32,000 nt of DNA. Source: Candidatus Peribacteria bacterium (GTDB taxonomy: Bacteria > Patescibacteriota > Gracilibacteria > BD1-5 > UBA6164). Under the pieces are notes generated by a model. The model saw only the letters and a program-made list of their open reading frames with translations, did not search any database and was not told the origin of the DNA. Positions 1 through 10,741 of this stretch are shown piece by piece. Position 1 is the first letter of the stretch; each line of letters begins with the position of its first letter. The translations under genes were made by a program, and so were the position numbers. The stretch covers positions 538,152 through 570,151 of the forward strand of contig CP060226.1 of NCBI GenBank assembly GCA_023898505.1, given 5' to 3'.

Positions 1-1
1 T

Positions 2-610
2 GAAGAATGAAAACATATGCTTTGAAAAATTGTCAAACAAATAAATAGTGAATGAAAAATATTAATAAGTGACTTCGATTACTTTAAAGATATTTGTGAT
101 AACCATAAATATTTATACCGTAAAAATAGAGTAATAGATAGTTATGATTATACAGAAGAGTTTTGAACTCCTCTAGATGAAATAGTGAATTCTGCTATTA
201 TAAATAGTATATTAAGTGATTATAGTGAAACATTATACAATCTAGAACAAATTATAAGTTTATGAAAGACAAATGAAGACAACACTTTTTATTATCTAGA
301 TATATCTAATAAAGAAGAAAAAGAAAATATTGAATGAATATCTTTCAATGAAAATAATTGAGATATTTTCAAAAACTGAGAAAAGATTTGAAATATAAGT
401 CCTAGTCTTCAAGAATATAAATTTTTTAAATATTTATATGAAAACAAATGAAAATTAAAAACATATGAAGATATTTTTAAAGAATTTAAAGAATGAAAGA
501 CAGAAAAAACTGAAAGTGAATACTTAAGAGATATAAAAAATAGAATTAAACAAAAAGAAGTAAAGAGTTTAATTAAAAATACTCCAAAAATAGGATATTC
601 AATACCATAA
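2..610 (+). CDS. Hypothetical protein, 5'-partial; the C-terminus resembles an OmpR/PhoB-type winged-helix DNA-binding domain
   Basis: The frame starting at position 2 is open to TAA at 608-610 with many in-frame TGA and no TAA or TAG. The C-terminal sequence YLYENKGKLKTYEDIF...LRDIKNRIKQK...IKNTPKIGYSI resembles trans_reg_C. Confidence 0.6.
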
Positions 611-692
611 CTTTACCATAACTTTTTAAAACCCTTTTAAACTACATACCATTACTTTAAGGCTGACTTGAAAGCCAAGTTGAATAATATTA

Positions 693-727
693 AGACTGTA
701 ATTACAAAACAAAACAGTCTTTTTTTA
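693..727 (+). terminator. Rho-independent terminator
   Basis: The stem agactgt (693-699) pairs with acagtct (714-720) and is followed by a T-run at 721-727. Confidence 0.55.
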
Positions 728-756
728 TTCTGCATAAATTCAAAAGACAAAATAAA

Positions 757-1404
757 ATGTTTCTTAATAGTAAGAATTATCCTTGCAAGGAATTTAATAC
801 TTATTCTTATATGGATAAAGAAGCAAAACAAAAATACTTAGAAAAAAACTCTATATATTTTATTGAAAACACTTTATTTAATTCACTTTCTGTTGAAGAA
901 ATATCAGACTTTGTAAGTCCTTTACATAAAGAATACAAAATACTTGATAAAGAAATAAAAAGTGAAATAAAGAAAATTCAAAATAAATATAAAAACTTAG
1001 ATGAACTTGAAAAGTATTTTATAGAACTACTAGTTAAACTAGAAAATTGATGAGATAGATTAGAAGAGCTAGAAGATACATTAAAAGCCTTTAATACTCA
1101 TTTATATACTAGATTGCCTAGTAATAAATCATATAATAAAGAGTTTAAGAAAATCAATATAAATGATATCCCAATAACTCAAGTTATATGAAAATATATT
1201 AAACTTCCTGATAATTTAAACAGGAATATAAAATGTCCTTTACACAACGAAAGAACTTGAAGTTTTAAGATATATAAAGATACAAATAGCTTTTATTGTT
1301 TTTGATGTTGAAAAGGATGAGGTTCAATAAATTTCATTTCTGAAATAGAGAATATAAGCACAAAAGAAGCTTTTAAAAGATTTATAGAAATGTTTAATTT
1401 ATAG
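757..1404 (+). CDS. CHC2 zinc-finger (DnaG-type primase zinc-finger) protein
   Basis: With TGA read as Gly the C-terminus is IKCPLHNERTGSFKIYKDTNSFYCFGCGKGGGSINFI. Three TGA codons (1303, 1309, 1318) sit exactly at the Gly positions of the conserved CFGCG.GG motif. The stop is TAG at 1402-1404. Confidence 0.8.
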
Positions 1405-1462
1405 AAAAACATTATACAAAATAGTATTCTTGTGAATTTCTTTTCTTACAAGGAGTTTATTA

Positions 1463-2716
1463 GTGTGCCATTTTTATAAATTAACTTACTATTTAAATAA
1501 AAATAAAATGGAGTTTTCCAACATAGATAAACTAGAAAAAAAGATTTCTAGAGAAGATAAATTTTTAGATGACTTAGCTATAAAACTAGAAGATGTAAAA
1601 GAAACTTATATTTACATTAAAAGTTTAGCTAAATATTATTGGGTAGAAGCTAAATTATTCTTTTCTCCTAATGATGTTCAAAATAATACTTTACTATCAA
1701 ATAAAGAGCTAAAATTAGTAAGGCAATATTGATTAATATCTACTTATGATAATCTAGTATATAAAAAAGGATGAAAAGACTGATGTTATAACTTGCTTGA
1801 TGAAAATAAAATATTAAAACCATCTAATAATCCTATACTAGATAAGAATATAGATACATTAATATCCAATGTATGCTGATATAAACAAGAAAATATAGAT
1901 TATTTACATAAATCTATTTTATATAAATATATCAATTTAAACGACTTCACTATCCCCGCAGTTGTATTGTATGGCAAATGATGAAGTGGAAAATGAACTT
2001 TGATGTCATTATTAGAAACCATATTTTGTAAAGATAATGTATTATCTAATTTATGACAAAGAGACCTTTCTTGATTTGATGTGTATAGATGATGAAAACT
2101 AGTAGTAGAATTTGCAGAAATAGCAACTAATAACACTCATAGCGATATTTGAATATTAAACAAACTAAAAAATATAATATGAGCCTGAGAAATAACAATA
2201 AATGAAAAATGAGTGAGACAATACCAAATAGACAATATTGCTTGGTTTTTTATTTCATCTAATTCAAATAAGCCTTTACAACTAGATGATAAAGATAAGG
2301 GTAATAGAAGATTTACGATTATTAAATCTAATTCAGCTTTAGAAAATTGAAAAGAAATAAATGAAGCCGTAAGAGATAAAAAAATTGTATCAAATTATTT
2401 AGCTTGGCTTTATGAAAAATTTCCTGAAGTTTTAGAGTATAGGAACTTAATAGCCTTAGATAATGAAGATAAAAGAGATTTAGAAGAAAGAAGTCAAAGT
2501 GAAGCAAATCAATTCTGGGAATGGTTAGAGGATAATTTCCCTGACTATAAAGGTAAAAAAAGAAAAACAGATATAGAAAGTATGATAAATATGTTTTGTA
2601 TAGAAAACTGAGTAGAAGAAAAAGAGTTTTTAAAATATTTTTGGTCTCACTCAAAATATCCTAAAAAGAAAATCAGAATATGAGCTGATACTTACTATTG
2701 AGTAATAATAGAATAA
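1463..2716 (+). CDS. D5/P4-family primase-associated helicase (P-loop NTPase, SF3-like)
   Basis: A GTG start at 1463 lies 7 nt after AAGGAG; an alternative ATG is at 1508. The Walker A motif YGKGGSGKGT has TGA at 1979, 1982 and 1994 as Gly. Downstream, RRFTII resembles D5/P4 C-terminal domains. The stop is TAA at 2714-2716. Confidence 0.8.
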
Positions 2717-2722
2717 ATCTAT

Positions 2723-2782
2723 TAGAACTCTTAGAACATAGAACAATTAAACCTCATAGCTAAAGGATGTTCTAGTGTTCTA
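2723..2782. promoter_or_regulatory. Cluster of TAGAAC iterons (three direct and two inverted copies); candidate operator or origin
   Basis: TAGAAC occurs at 2723-2728, 2732-2737 and 2739-2744. GTTCTA occurs at 2769-2774 and 2777-2782. The cluster lies in the gap between the helicase gene and the HTH module. Confidence 0.5.
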
Positions 2783-2867
2783 TACGTTCCCTTCAAAAAT
2801 AAGGAGTAATTAACCTTATTATTATATATCAAAAACTTAGTACTAAGTCATAATTAATAAAAAATTT

Positions 2868-3011
2868 ATGACAAAAAAAGATTATTCAAACGAATTAAAA
2901 TACTTAGATAAATATGAAGTTGATGAAGAAAAAAAGATAAGATTTATAGAAAACTTATACAAATTAATAAATATAAATTTCAATAATTTCATAGAAAATA
3001 ATTGACAATAA
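2868..3011 (+). CDS. Small hypothetical protein (47 aa)
   Basis: An ATG at 2868 opens a frame that runs to TAA at 3009-3011 with one in-frame TGA. I recognise no domain. Confidence 0.3.
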
Positions 3012-3060
3012 TTATTCTAAGATTATATTATTTATAATTAACAACTAATATATAAGTAAT

Positions 3061-3264
3061 ATGAGAGTAGAAATAAACCTTTGGGAGCTAATGGGTAAGA
3101 ATAAAATGACAGCTTTAGAGTTGTCTTCTCTTACCTGAATTTCTCCTATTCAAATTTCAAAAATTAAAAATTGAAAAACAACAAAAATAGAACTACAAAC
3201 CATAGCAAAACTTTTAGAAGCTTTTGAATGTAGTCCTAATGAATTAATAAAAATAATTAAATAA
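3061..3264 (+). CDS. XRE/Cro-like helix-turn-helix transcriptional regulator (67 aa)
   Basis: The translation MRVEINLWELMGKNKMTALELSSLTGISPIQISKIKNGKTTKIELQTIAKLLEAFECSPNELIKII matches a short HTH_XRE protein. TGA falls at plausible Gly positions. Confidence 0.75.
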
Positions 3265-3276
3265 CTTTCAAAAAAT

Positions 3277-4941
3277 ATGAACAAAACAGCAGTAATATAT
3301 TGTAGAGTGTCTACAGTTAAACAAGAAAATAATTGAGATAGTTTAAACTCACAAGAAAAAGCTTGTAGAAACTATTGTAAAAATAATGATATACAAGTAC
3401 TTTGAGTTTTTAAAGAAGCCTTTAGCTGAAAAACTAAGAGTAGACCTGTTTTCACAGAAGCTATCAATAATGCTAAAGAAAATGATGTGAATTACTTTGT
3501 AATATTTGATATTGATAGATTTTCTAGAGAATGATATTGAGCTTATTCTGATTTAAAAGAAGACCTATACAATAATAAAATAGAGCTTAGAGATAGTAAA
3601 AACATTATTCAAGGTAACAACCTAGCAGTTAAAAATGATATTGTTGATATGGAACAATATAAATGGAATAGAGAAAATTCTAGTGAATATGCAGAGGTTA
3701 TGATTGCAACCCAAGCACAAATAGAATGAAAGAAGATTATCCAAAGAACAATACCAAGAGAAATAGAATTAGAGCAATTATGATACCAAGTTAGAGCCTC
3801 TAATTATTGATACGAAAACAAAAAAGAAAGAACTATACATTGAAAAGTAAGTATACAATCTAAACATCCTATAGAATGAGATTTTTTAATAGAAATGTTT
3901 GAAGCTAGAGCAAAATGATATTTAAGTGATAAAGAAATAGTAGAAAACTTAGTATTAAAATGATGTAAAAAAAGAAGCTGAAAAATTATGGATGTAAAAT
4001 ATATGCAAGAACTTATTAAAAAGCCTATATATGCAGGAATTATATGTACTAAATGGACTTGAAATAATCCTATTAGAACAGCTTATAAATGATTAGTAGA
4101 TATTAAGACTTGGAATAAAGCTAATAGATGAAAAATAGAAATTGTAGAAATAGATGATAAAGAAGTAAAAATAGAATTTAATAACTGAAAAGAAAAACAA
4201 ATTAATAAACCCATAATAGAAAGAAGAAAAAATTATAATTCAAATTATTTTTATTCTAAGGTTTTAAAGTGTCCTCATTGTTGAGGATACTTAACCTGAA
4301 ATGCTTCTAAATCTAGAGATGGTAGCATACACCCATATTATCAATGTAGATGAAAATGATGAGCTAAACATCCTAATTACAGCATAAGACAAAAGGAAGC
4401 ACATAAAACTATTAATGATATATTTAAAGAAATTAATATAAGAGATAATGCTTTCAATCTATATGAAGAATTATCTAAAAGAATTTTTAATGAAAAGAAA
4501 ACAGAGCTAAAAAATAATACTAAAAGTTATGATGAACAGCTTAAAGAATTAGATAAAAAAGAAAGTGAAATATTAGATAATATAGATAAAGTAATAAACT
4601 ATCCTCAAATACTAGAAAAGAAAAATAAAGAACTAGAAGAAATAAAATCACTTAAATATAAACTAGAGCTTAAAAGGAATGAAAAAGATAATACTTCAAG
4701 TTTAGATAAGTTTCTATATTATTCAAAACAAGTCATCACACACATAGATAAATTAGCTATACAAAAGGAAGAACCTGAAATAATCAATCTAGTTTTTGAT
4801 ATAGTTTATGATTGAAAAATAGAATATCAAAATATAAAAAGTCACACACAAGACTTTAGTAGTTTTTTCTCTCAACAAAGCCATCAAAAAAATCCTCAAA
4901 ACGAGGATTTAGTTGGTTTTCTTAAATGGCAGCCCCACTAG
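3277..4941 (+). CDS. Large serine recombinase (integrase)
   Basis: The N-terminus MNKTAVIYCRVSTVKQ is the resolvase catalytic motif. A zinc ribbon KCPHCGGYLTG...YYQCRGKGG follows. The frame is open from 3277 to TAG at 4939-4941 with about 23 in-frame TGA (hand count). Confidence 0.85.
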
Positions 4942-5001
4942 GAGTCGAACCTAGCACGCAGGATTTGGAGTCCTGAATTATAGCCGATTAACTATGGGGC
5001 T
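4927..5001 (-). tRNA. trnW: tRNA-Trp (anticodon CCA)
   Basis: I folded the cloverleaf by hand. The acceptor stem is AGCCCCA/TGGGGCT, the anticodon arm is CAGGA-CTCCAAA-TCCTG, the T-arm is CTAGG-TTCGACT-CCTAG, the discriminator is G, and CCA is encoded. Confidence 0.85.
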
Positions 5002-5002
5002 A

Positions 5003-5110
5003 AATCCCCTCCTTATGTTTCTCCCTTTTTCAAAGGGAGTACTCGAGATACGAGAGGGAGGGATTATTATTTATCCCCTCTCCCTACGGGGGAGAGGGTT
5101 AGGGTGAGGG
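5003..5110. repeat. Nested-hairpin repeat cluster, family B (CCCCTCTCCC...GGGAGAGGGG type)
   Basis: aatcccctcc pairs with ggagggatt. Internal hairpins are ctcccttttt caaagggag and cccctctccctacgggggagaggg, followed by ttagggtgaggg. The cluster is closely related to 14941-15045. Confidence 0.8.
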
Positions 5111-5890
5111 CTAGATACTGAATCTATAAAAAGATTCAAGACTATTTTCTCCGATAAAATCTTTTACTTTCACATTTGGATCAACCACAAACGCTTGTTC
5201 AAGCAATGAAATCTCAGATTTAAATTTCCCCATCTTTCCTTCAATAATCTTCAATAATACATCATCTGTTTTATTTGCCATTTTTGGATCATTTTTCATC
5301 ACTTCAAGTTGGATAGACTTTTCTTTTTCTACCACATCTTCTGAGATATCTGAAGTTCTCAGGTAGTCAGGATTTGTAGCAGTAACATGCATCGCTACTT
5401 GTCTCATCTTCCCAGCGTCAGTACTTGCTTCTTTTGCTACTACTACTGCGGCTAACTTCCCATTTGAGTGTACATATGACTCAACTCCAGCTCCTCCAAT
5501 CACTTTTGCTTCTTTAATCACCATATTTTCCCCAAGTTCAAGAACAGATTCTTGTTTTAGGTTCTCCATTTCGTCCATAGATTTTCCTGCTTTCAGCATC
5601 TCCATCAATGTATTCATCAATTTTTGAAACCCTTCTGATTTTGCCAAAAAGTCAGTTTCACAAGAAAGTGAAATCACATAACACTTCCCTCCTTCGCATT
5701 CTACTTTAATCCATCCTTCTGAAGTCTCTCTGTCTGCTTTTTTTGCTGCAGAAGCAAGACCTTTTTTTCTGAGTTCTTCAATCGCTACTTCTATATCTCC
5801 ACCGGCAGCAACCAGTGCCTTTTTACACTCCATCATTCCGATCCCAGTTCTTTCTCTGAGTTCTTTTACCATACTAGCTGTTATTTCCAT
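5111..5890 (-). CDS. tsf: Translation elongation factor Ts
   Basis: The N-terminus MEITASMVKELRERTGIGMMECKKAL is the classic EF-Ts UBA-like domain. There is no in-frame TGA, and the stop is TAG. Confidence 0.95.
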   Translation of the reverse strand: MEITASMVKELRERTGIGMMECKKALVAAGGDIEVAIEELRKKGLASAAKKADRETSEGWIKVECEGGKCYVISLSCETDFLAKSEGFQKLMNTLMEMLKAGKSMDEMENLKQESVLELGENMVIKEAKVIGGAGVESYVHSNGKLAAVVVAKEASTDAGKMRQVAMHVTATNPDYLRTSDISEDVVEKEKSIQLEVMKNDPKMANKTDDVLLKIIEGKMGKFKSEISLLEQAFVVDPNVKVKDFIGENSLESFYRFSI

Positions 5891-5914
5891 AATCTGCTAT
5901 GTTATAAAAATAAA

Positions 5915-6268
5915 TTAAAAATCTGTGTTGTTCTTTTTCGTATCTTTCTCAACCATAGAATCGATAATCGCATCAAATCCTTGAATATCTACAGAAGAAC
6001 CGGCGTACACCTTGTGAGCAAAGTATACACAGACTCAAACATAGAGAATTCACCAGAGCATAGAGAGAAACCCAAGCCCTAAAATACGTAATACTATTTC
6101 TCCGAAAATATATCCTACCAACAAGAGAATCCCATAATGAATATGTTTTTGGAAAAGAGAACTCCTCTCTTTCTCAATCGCCATCATGAGAAACGCTCAA
6201 AATGGTAGATAGGAAAGGGCATATTTAAATCTCGTATTGTTTGGAATCTTTTGTTGTGTTTCTCCCAT
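5915..6268 (-). CDS. Small membrane protein (117 aa), DUF4870-like
   Basis: The frame from ATG (6266-6268) to TAA (5915-5917) is open with three in-frame TGA. The sequence YALSYLPFGAFLMMAIEKERSSLFQKHIHYGILLLVGY and two hydrophobic segments support the call. The gene sits between rpsB and tsf. Confidence 0.65.
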
Positions 6269-6291
6269 ACGCTACAAAAAGAGGCTAAGAA

Positions 6292-7110
6292 TTATGCTTC
6301 TGTACTTTCTACTTCTTCTTCTTTCACTACTTTCTTTGGTGCTGCTGTTTTTTTCACAGCCTTTGGTTTTTCTCCACTTACTTTTTCTTCTGCTACTTTT
6401 TTAATGGCATTTTTTGCTTTTGGAGCAGATACTTTTACTCCAGAGATTGCAGATTTAATAGCTTCAGCTACATATTCCAGAGACTTCACAGCATTTGTAT
6501 TTGCTGGGATGATATTGTCTACTTTTGTATCATCTCCGTTGGTGTTTGAAATCGCGTATACTTTGATACCAAGAGAATTTGCTTCTCTAATCGTTTGTTC
6601 TTCATATACTCCATCAACAACAAAAATCACTTCTGGAACTTTTTTCATTTCCTTTACCCCCTTAAATGCCTTATCAAGTTTTTCTAACTCAAGAAGTTTT
6701 GTTGCCTTTTCCTTTTTTGTAAGGATATCAAGTCCTCCGGTTTCAGAGTCTTTTAATAGACGAAGATAGGTAGCAATTCTAGTTTTGATAGTTTTAAAGT
6801 TTGTTAAGAGTCCTGGAACCCATTTTTCTGATACATAGTAGTGTCCAGTATCTGCTGCAAGTTTGCTAAATGCATCTCTTGCTTGAAGCTTTGTAGCGAC
6901 AAAAAGTACTTTTTTCCCTTCTGCGATAAGCTCTTTAAGTTCTGCAGATACTTCTTCGATTTTTTGAGCAGTTTTTACTAAATTGATAACATGGATTCCA
7001 TTTACTGAACCATAAATATACGGTCTCATTTTTGGACTCCAAAAGTTTGTTTTGTTTCCAATGTGTAAAAGATTTGCAAACATATCGTTTAACTGTTGTT
7101 TTGTTGCCAT
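6292..7110 (-). CDS. rpsB: 30S ribosomal protein S2
   Basis: The sequence LLHIGNKTNFWSPKMRPYIYG...INLVKT...FVATK is canonical S2. A Lys/Ala-rich C-terminal tail follows. There is no in-frame TGA. Confidence 0.95.
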   Translation of the reverse strand: MATKQQLNDMFANLLHIGNKTNFWSPKMRPYIYGSVNGIHVINLVKTAQKIEEVSAELKELIAEGKKVLFVATKLQARDAFSKLAADTGHYYVSEKWVPGLLTNFKTIKTRIATYLRLLKDSETGGLDILTKKEKATKLLELEKLDKAFKGVKEMKKVPEVIFVVDGVYEEQTIREANSLGIKVYAISNTNGDDTKVDNIIPANTNAVKSLEYVAEAIKSAISGVKVSAPKAKNAIKKVAEEKVSGEKPKAVKKTAAPKKVVKEEEVESTEA

Positions 7111-7140
7111 TTTTTCCTTAAATATTAAAAATTAAATCAA

Positions 7141-7287
7141 GGCGATCCCGAGTACTCGGGACAGGAATGCCTTTATGAATATACATCTGTTCCCAAAAAC
7201 TTGGGATTCCCAGATATATTTCTGTCATTCCGTACTTGATACGGAATCATTATTTATGATCCTGAAACCAGTTCAGGATGACCGTCA
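7141..7287. repeat. Hairpin-repeat cluster including a family A unit (7223-7282)
   Basis: The unit is tgtcattccgtacttgatacggaatca, a spacer, then gatcctgaaaccagttcaggatgac. Upstream hairpins are tcccgagtactcggga and ttcccaaaaacttggga. The cluster lies between the S1 gene and rpsB. Confidence 0.8.
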
Positions 7288-7291
7288 AATA

Positions 7292-8524
7292 TTATTTTTC
7301 TTCAGTTGAAGCTTCTTCTGTCTTTTTCTTTTTTGTTTCTTTCTTTGCTGCTGCTACTTCTTCATCAATCTTATCTTCTTGAGATTTTTCTTTCTTTACC
7401 TTTGGCTTTTCCTCTGCTGGCTTTTCTGGAGCTTCTTGAAGAGCTTTAAGTGAAAGACCGATTCTCTTTTTATCTGGTTCAAAGTTGATAATCTTTGCTT
7501 CTACTTCTTCTCCTACTTTCACAAAATCTCTGATATCCTTTACAACTCCGTGAGAAATCTCAGACAAGTGAATCAGTCCTTGAATCCCTCCTTCTAGATC
7601 CATAAAGGCACCAAATTGAGAAATTCTTGAAATTGGAGCTTTGATAGTATCACCAAGTTTGTATTTTCTTGCCAATACTTCCCATGGGTTTTCTTTGAGT
7701 CTCTTCATAGAAAGAGAAATTTTATCTCCTTCAAGTCCGATAACTTTTACTTTTACATTCATCCCCACTTTTGCAAATTTTGATGGATCATGTACATGTC
7801 CCCAATCGATCTCAGATACGTGAACAAGTCCTTCAAGACCATTAAAGGTAACGAAAAGACCGTATGACAAGATACCACTTACTACACCTTCTACGACATC
7901 ACCTTCTTTTAAAGTCTGAAGTGCCTTTTCTCTTGATTCTTCGATTGCAGCTTTTTCAGAGAAGATAATTTTCTTCCCAACTTCATCTACATTGATAACA
8001 CGAACCTTAAATGCTTCACCAACCAAACCTTGAAGGTGTTCAAGGATTTTTTCTGGGTCAGCTCCCTCAACTCTTGGATAGTGAAGAGGAGTCAGTTGTG
8101 AAACTGGGATAAACCCTTTCAGTCCATCGATATCCACAAGAAGACCTCATTTATTTGCTTCGGTTGGTCTCACAGTAATCACCTCAGAAGAATCAAAGTA
8201 TTTACTCAAGTTTGTCAGACTCTTAATCTGATTTGCTCTTTTCAGAGACAAGATAAGGAGTCCTCTATCAATACTATCACCAAGTACCATAACATCGATT
8301 GGCTGACCAGCAGCTAATTCTCCTAATTCAACAGTATTTCCAAGTTCTTTACTAACAACAATTCCAGTAAACTGATTGTTTACATTTACGAGAATATTTT
8401 TCTTCTCGATTTTGATGATGCTCCCAGAAATCACTTCCCCTTCTTTTGGGTACTTAATCTCCGGCGATGCTTTAAACAGCTCTTCAAACAGAGCCATATC
8501 ATCCTGTTTTTGTGCAACAGTCAT
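7292..8524 (-). CDS. rpsA: S1 RNA-binding domain protein (30S ribosomal protein S1-like, about 4 S1 domains)
   Basis: Track ORFs 8147-8524 and 7292-8137 share a frame and are joined by one TGA (8147-8149). This gives ...TEANKGGLLVDIDGLKGFIPVSQL, the conserved KGG of an S1 domain. Repeated GxVxxxxxxGxFV motifs are present. Confidence 0.9.
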
Positions 8525-8669
8525 GACGCAAGTGCGTTATAAAATAAAATAGTAAGTAAAAAAGAAGTTGCTAAAAAACTCGTTTTATAAGGCTTTTTGA
8601 GTTTTTTACTAAACATCTCTCAAGTAAAAAGTTTGTATGTATCAGAAACTTCCTACTTAAAAACGTTTA

Positions 8670-8724
8670 GGTATCCCTTTCTGTCCTCCGGACATCTTTC
8701 CCTTAAGCCTAAGGGCAAGAAATA
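8670..8724. repeat. Double-hairpin repeat, family C
   Basis: The sequence gtatccctttctgtcctccggacatctttcccttaagcctaagggcaagaaata nearly matches 27131-27186 and is related to 26559-26616. Confidence 0.8.
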
Positions 8725-8865
8725 ACATAAATTCTATCGTACGTTTACATTGCTCTTATTCATCGCAATGTAATTTTTCTTTCAGAAAAACCCTCCATTC
8801 AAATCCTAATAATTATTACTTCTTCTAGCTATTCACTTTTCTCTATTCACTATTCATCTAGATTA

Positions 8866-8943
8866 TGGGGTGTCCGATGGGATTTGAACCCACGACCTCC
8901 AGAGTCACAATCTGGCATTCTAACCAACTGAACTACGGACACC
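8866..8943 (-). tRNA. trnH: tRNA-His (anticodon GTG) with encoded G-1 and CCA
   Basis: The hand fold gives G(-1) GTGTCCG ... CCAGA-TTGTGAC-TCTGG ... GTGGG-TTCAAAT-CCCAT CGGACAC C CCA. Confidence 0.85.
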
Positions 8944-9027
8944 ATATACAACAAAATGTGCCTTCAAAATTGAAAGCACGAGGAGTATATAAAAAATAGA
9001 GGCGTTGTCAAAGCTTTTTTCGCTCTA

Positions 9028-9891
9028 TTAAAAGTAACTTCAAATGCATACGCACGTAATCACCAATAGCGTAATAATTATTTCCTTCATTCCGGGTTTT
9101 TCGTGAAGGAAGATATATGCAAACACAATATTTGCTACCAATGTAAGCATACCAAGAAGTGTTGCTTGGACGATACCAAATTCGGCTACTAATAAGAAGG
9201 ATATCAGATAGATTATAACCCGCAAAGAAGAGGCAAATAATAAAAATCTCCCAGCTTGTGCATTGAGAGTCCCTGCTTTTTTTGACTCTGCTCTAAAAAA
9301 CACCAATCAAAATAACAATACTATAGAAACAATACCGCTATATACAAGCGTATCTATAGGTAAAAGAGAAACAAGTATGTACGCTAAGATATTGTTTTGG
9401 ATCGCTGTTAATATACCTGCAGCAATCATAGCAATACACGGTCCGCTAAAACGAAAGTTTTTGAAATCAATACTCCCAAGAAATAAAATCACTCCTGCAA
9501 GCAGCGCAAAGATAAAAGTCGTGAGAGAAGATGAAGAAAAAACCAAAAATCAAATCAAAATAGTGATAATAGTTTCAAATTGAGCATACGGAGACAAAAC
9601 ACTAATTTTCTCTTTTTGATAAGCATACTGATATAGTAATCATCCAAATATACCAATAAAAGACTCTAGAAAAAATAATCATACCAACAAAAATGTGATT
9701 TCACCCTCAAATATTGAAACACCATATAACATCATACCAAATGCAAGTACTATAAGCACAAGAAAAAAGAGCATACTCCAAACATATTGAAACATCACTC
9801 AAGAAAATATTCTCTCTGTAATGACATTTGATTTTTTAAAGCTTACATCTGCTACTGAAGTCAGTAAAGCGGCAAGAATACCATATAGCAT
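9028..9891 (-). CDS. DMT/EamA-like integral membrane permease (287 aa)
   Basis: Track fragments 9040-9306 and 9307-9546 plus upstream pieces join in one frame through TGA codons. The protein is highly hydrophobic and multi-spanning, and it is paralogous to the next gene. The stop is TAA at 9028-9030. Confidence 0.7.
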
Positions 9892-9900
9892 ATATAAAAA

Positions 9901-10740
9901 TTAATATGTACCGAAAACAACACAAAAAAATACTCCGATTACCACTAGTACGTCTCTTTTCCTTGGAATATCAGAAAAGACAAGAAACGAAAGCAATAGA
10001 TTGAAGCCAAGATATAACATACCAACCAGAACCGCCTGAACAATCCCTAGTTCTTTTACTAAATATAAAGTAATAAATGTTGCAGCTAACCAAAATATAT
10101 TCTCAAAAAATATATGTACCGCCATTTTTGTTGTAAGTTTCTTAGCGTAGTAAAATTCTCTAAAAAATACTACTAACAGTACCATAAACAATAACGAGAC
10201 TCAGATAGTGTAGAATAAGGCTGAGAACGCTGAAACCATAAACAACAGATAGCCATATAAAATAAATTTAATTGCTGTCAGGAATCCTGAGAATGTAAAT
10301 GCTAAACAAAACTTATTAAACCCAAATTTTTGAAAATCAATCCCTCATCATATAAGCAATATACCTGCAAGACAAGCAAAAATAAAAGAACCTAAAGTAT
10401 TATTATCAAAAATCAAAAATCAAAACAACACCGTAAATACTGTTTCGAACTCGCCATACGGCGTCAAAATACTCAATTTTTCATTTCTAAATGCGTATTG
10501 CTCTAGAAATTCTGAAATGATGGAGAGAATACTTCCAAGAACTACTAGTCATAATCAGATAATAGGAATTATCTGAAGATCAAAAACTAACAAAGAAAAA
10601 ATTAAAACAGAAAACAATGAAATTAAAGCAACAAGTTGATAAAACCTATCGGATATTATATCCTCCGTAAGTATTAATGCTTTTTTATAAAACACATCTG
10701 ATAATGAAGAACATATTGCTCCTAAAATTCCGTATAACAT
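9901..10740 (-). CDS. DMT/EamA-like integral membrane permease (279 aa), tandem paralog
   Basis: Fragments 10555-10740 and 9901-10191 share a frame, and I checked that the intervening frame has only TGA. The sequence EKLSILTPYGEFETVFTVLF parallels EKISVLSPYAQFETIITILI in the neighbouring gene. Confidence 0.7.
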
Positions 10741-10741
10741 A

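Larger units (their letters stand above)
1..4941 (+). mobile_element. Right-hand part of an AT-rich integrated element (primase/helicase, HTH and serine recombinase module) abutting tRNA-Trp; the left end lies outside the window
   Basis: All genes are on the + strand. The region is visibly more AT-rich than 5100-27200. It carries replication and recombination genes, and the recombinase ORF ends inside the 3' end of tRNA-Trp. In-frame TGA is very frequent. Confidence 0.7.

Noticed and set aside
1900-2654. Minus-strand ORFs at 1900-2136 and 2328-2654.
   Set aside because: They are antisense to the D5/P4 helicase gene in very AT-rich DNA, and their translations are Leu/Phe-rich nonsense.
6251-6769. 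Long plus-strand ORF of 172 aa. Similar ORFs occur at 7641-7823, 12089-12731, 20381-20902, 21356-21889 and 22595-22877.
   Set aside because: These ORFs are antisense or out of frame relative to well-supported genes (rpsB, the S1 gene, lepA, rsmA, the large surface protein). Their translations are low-complexity.
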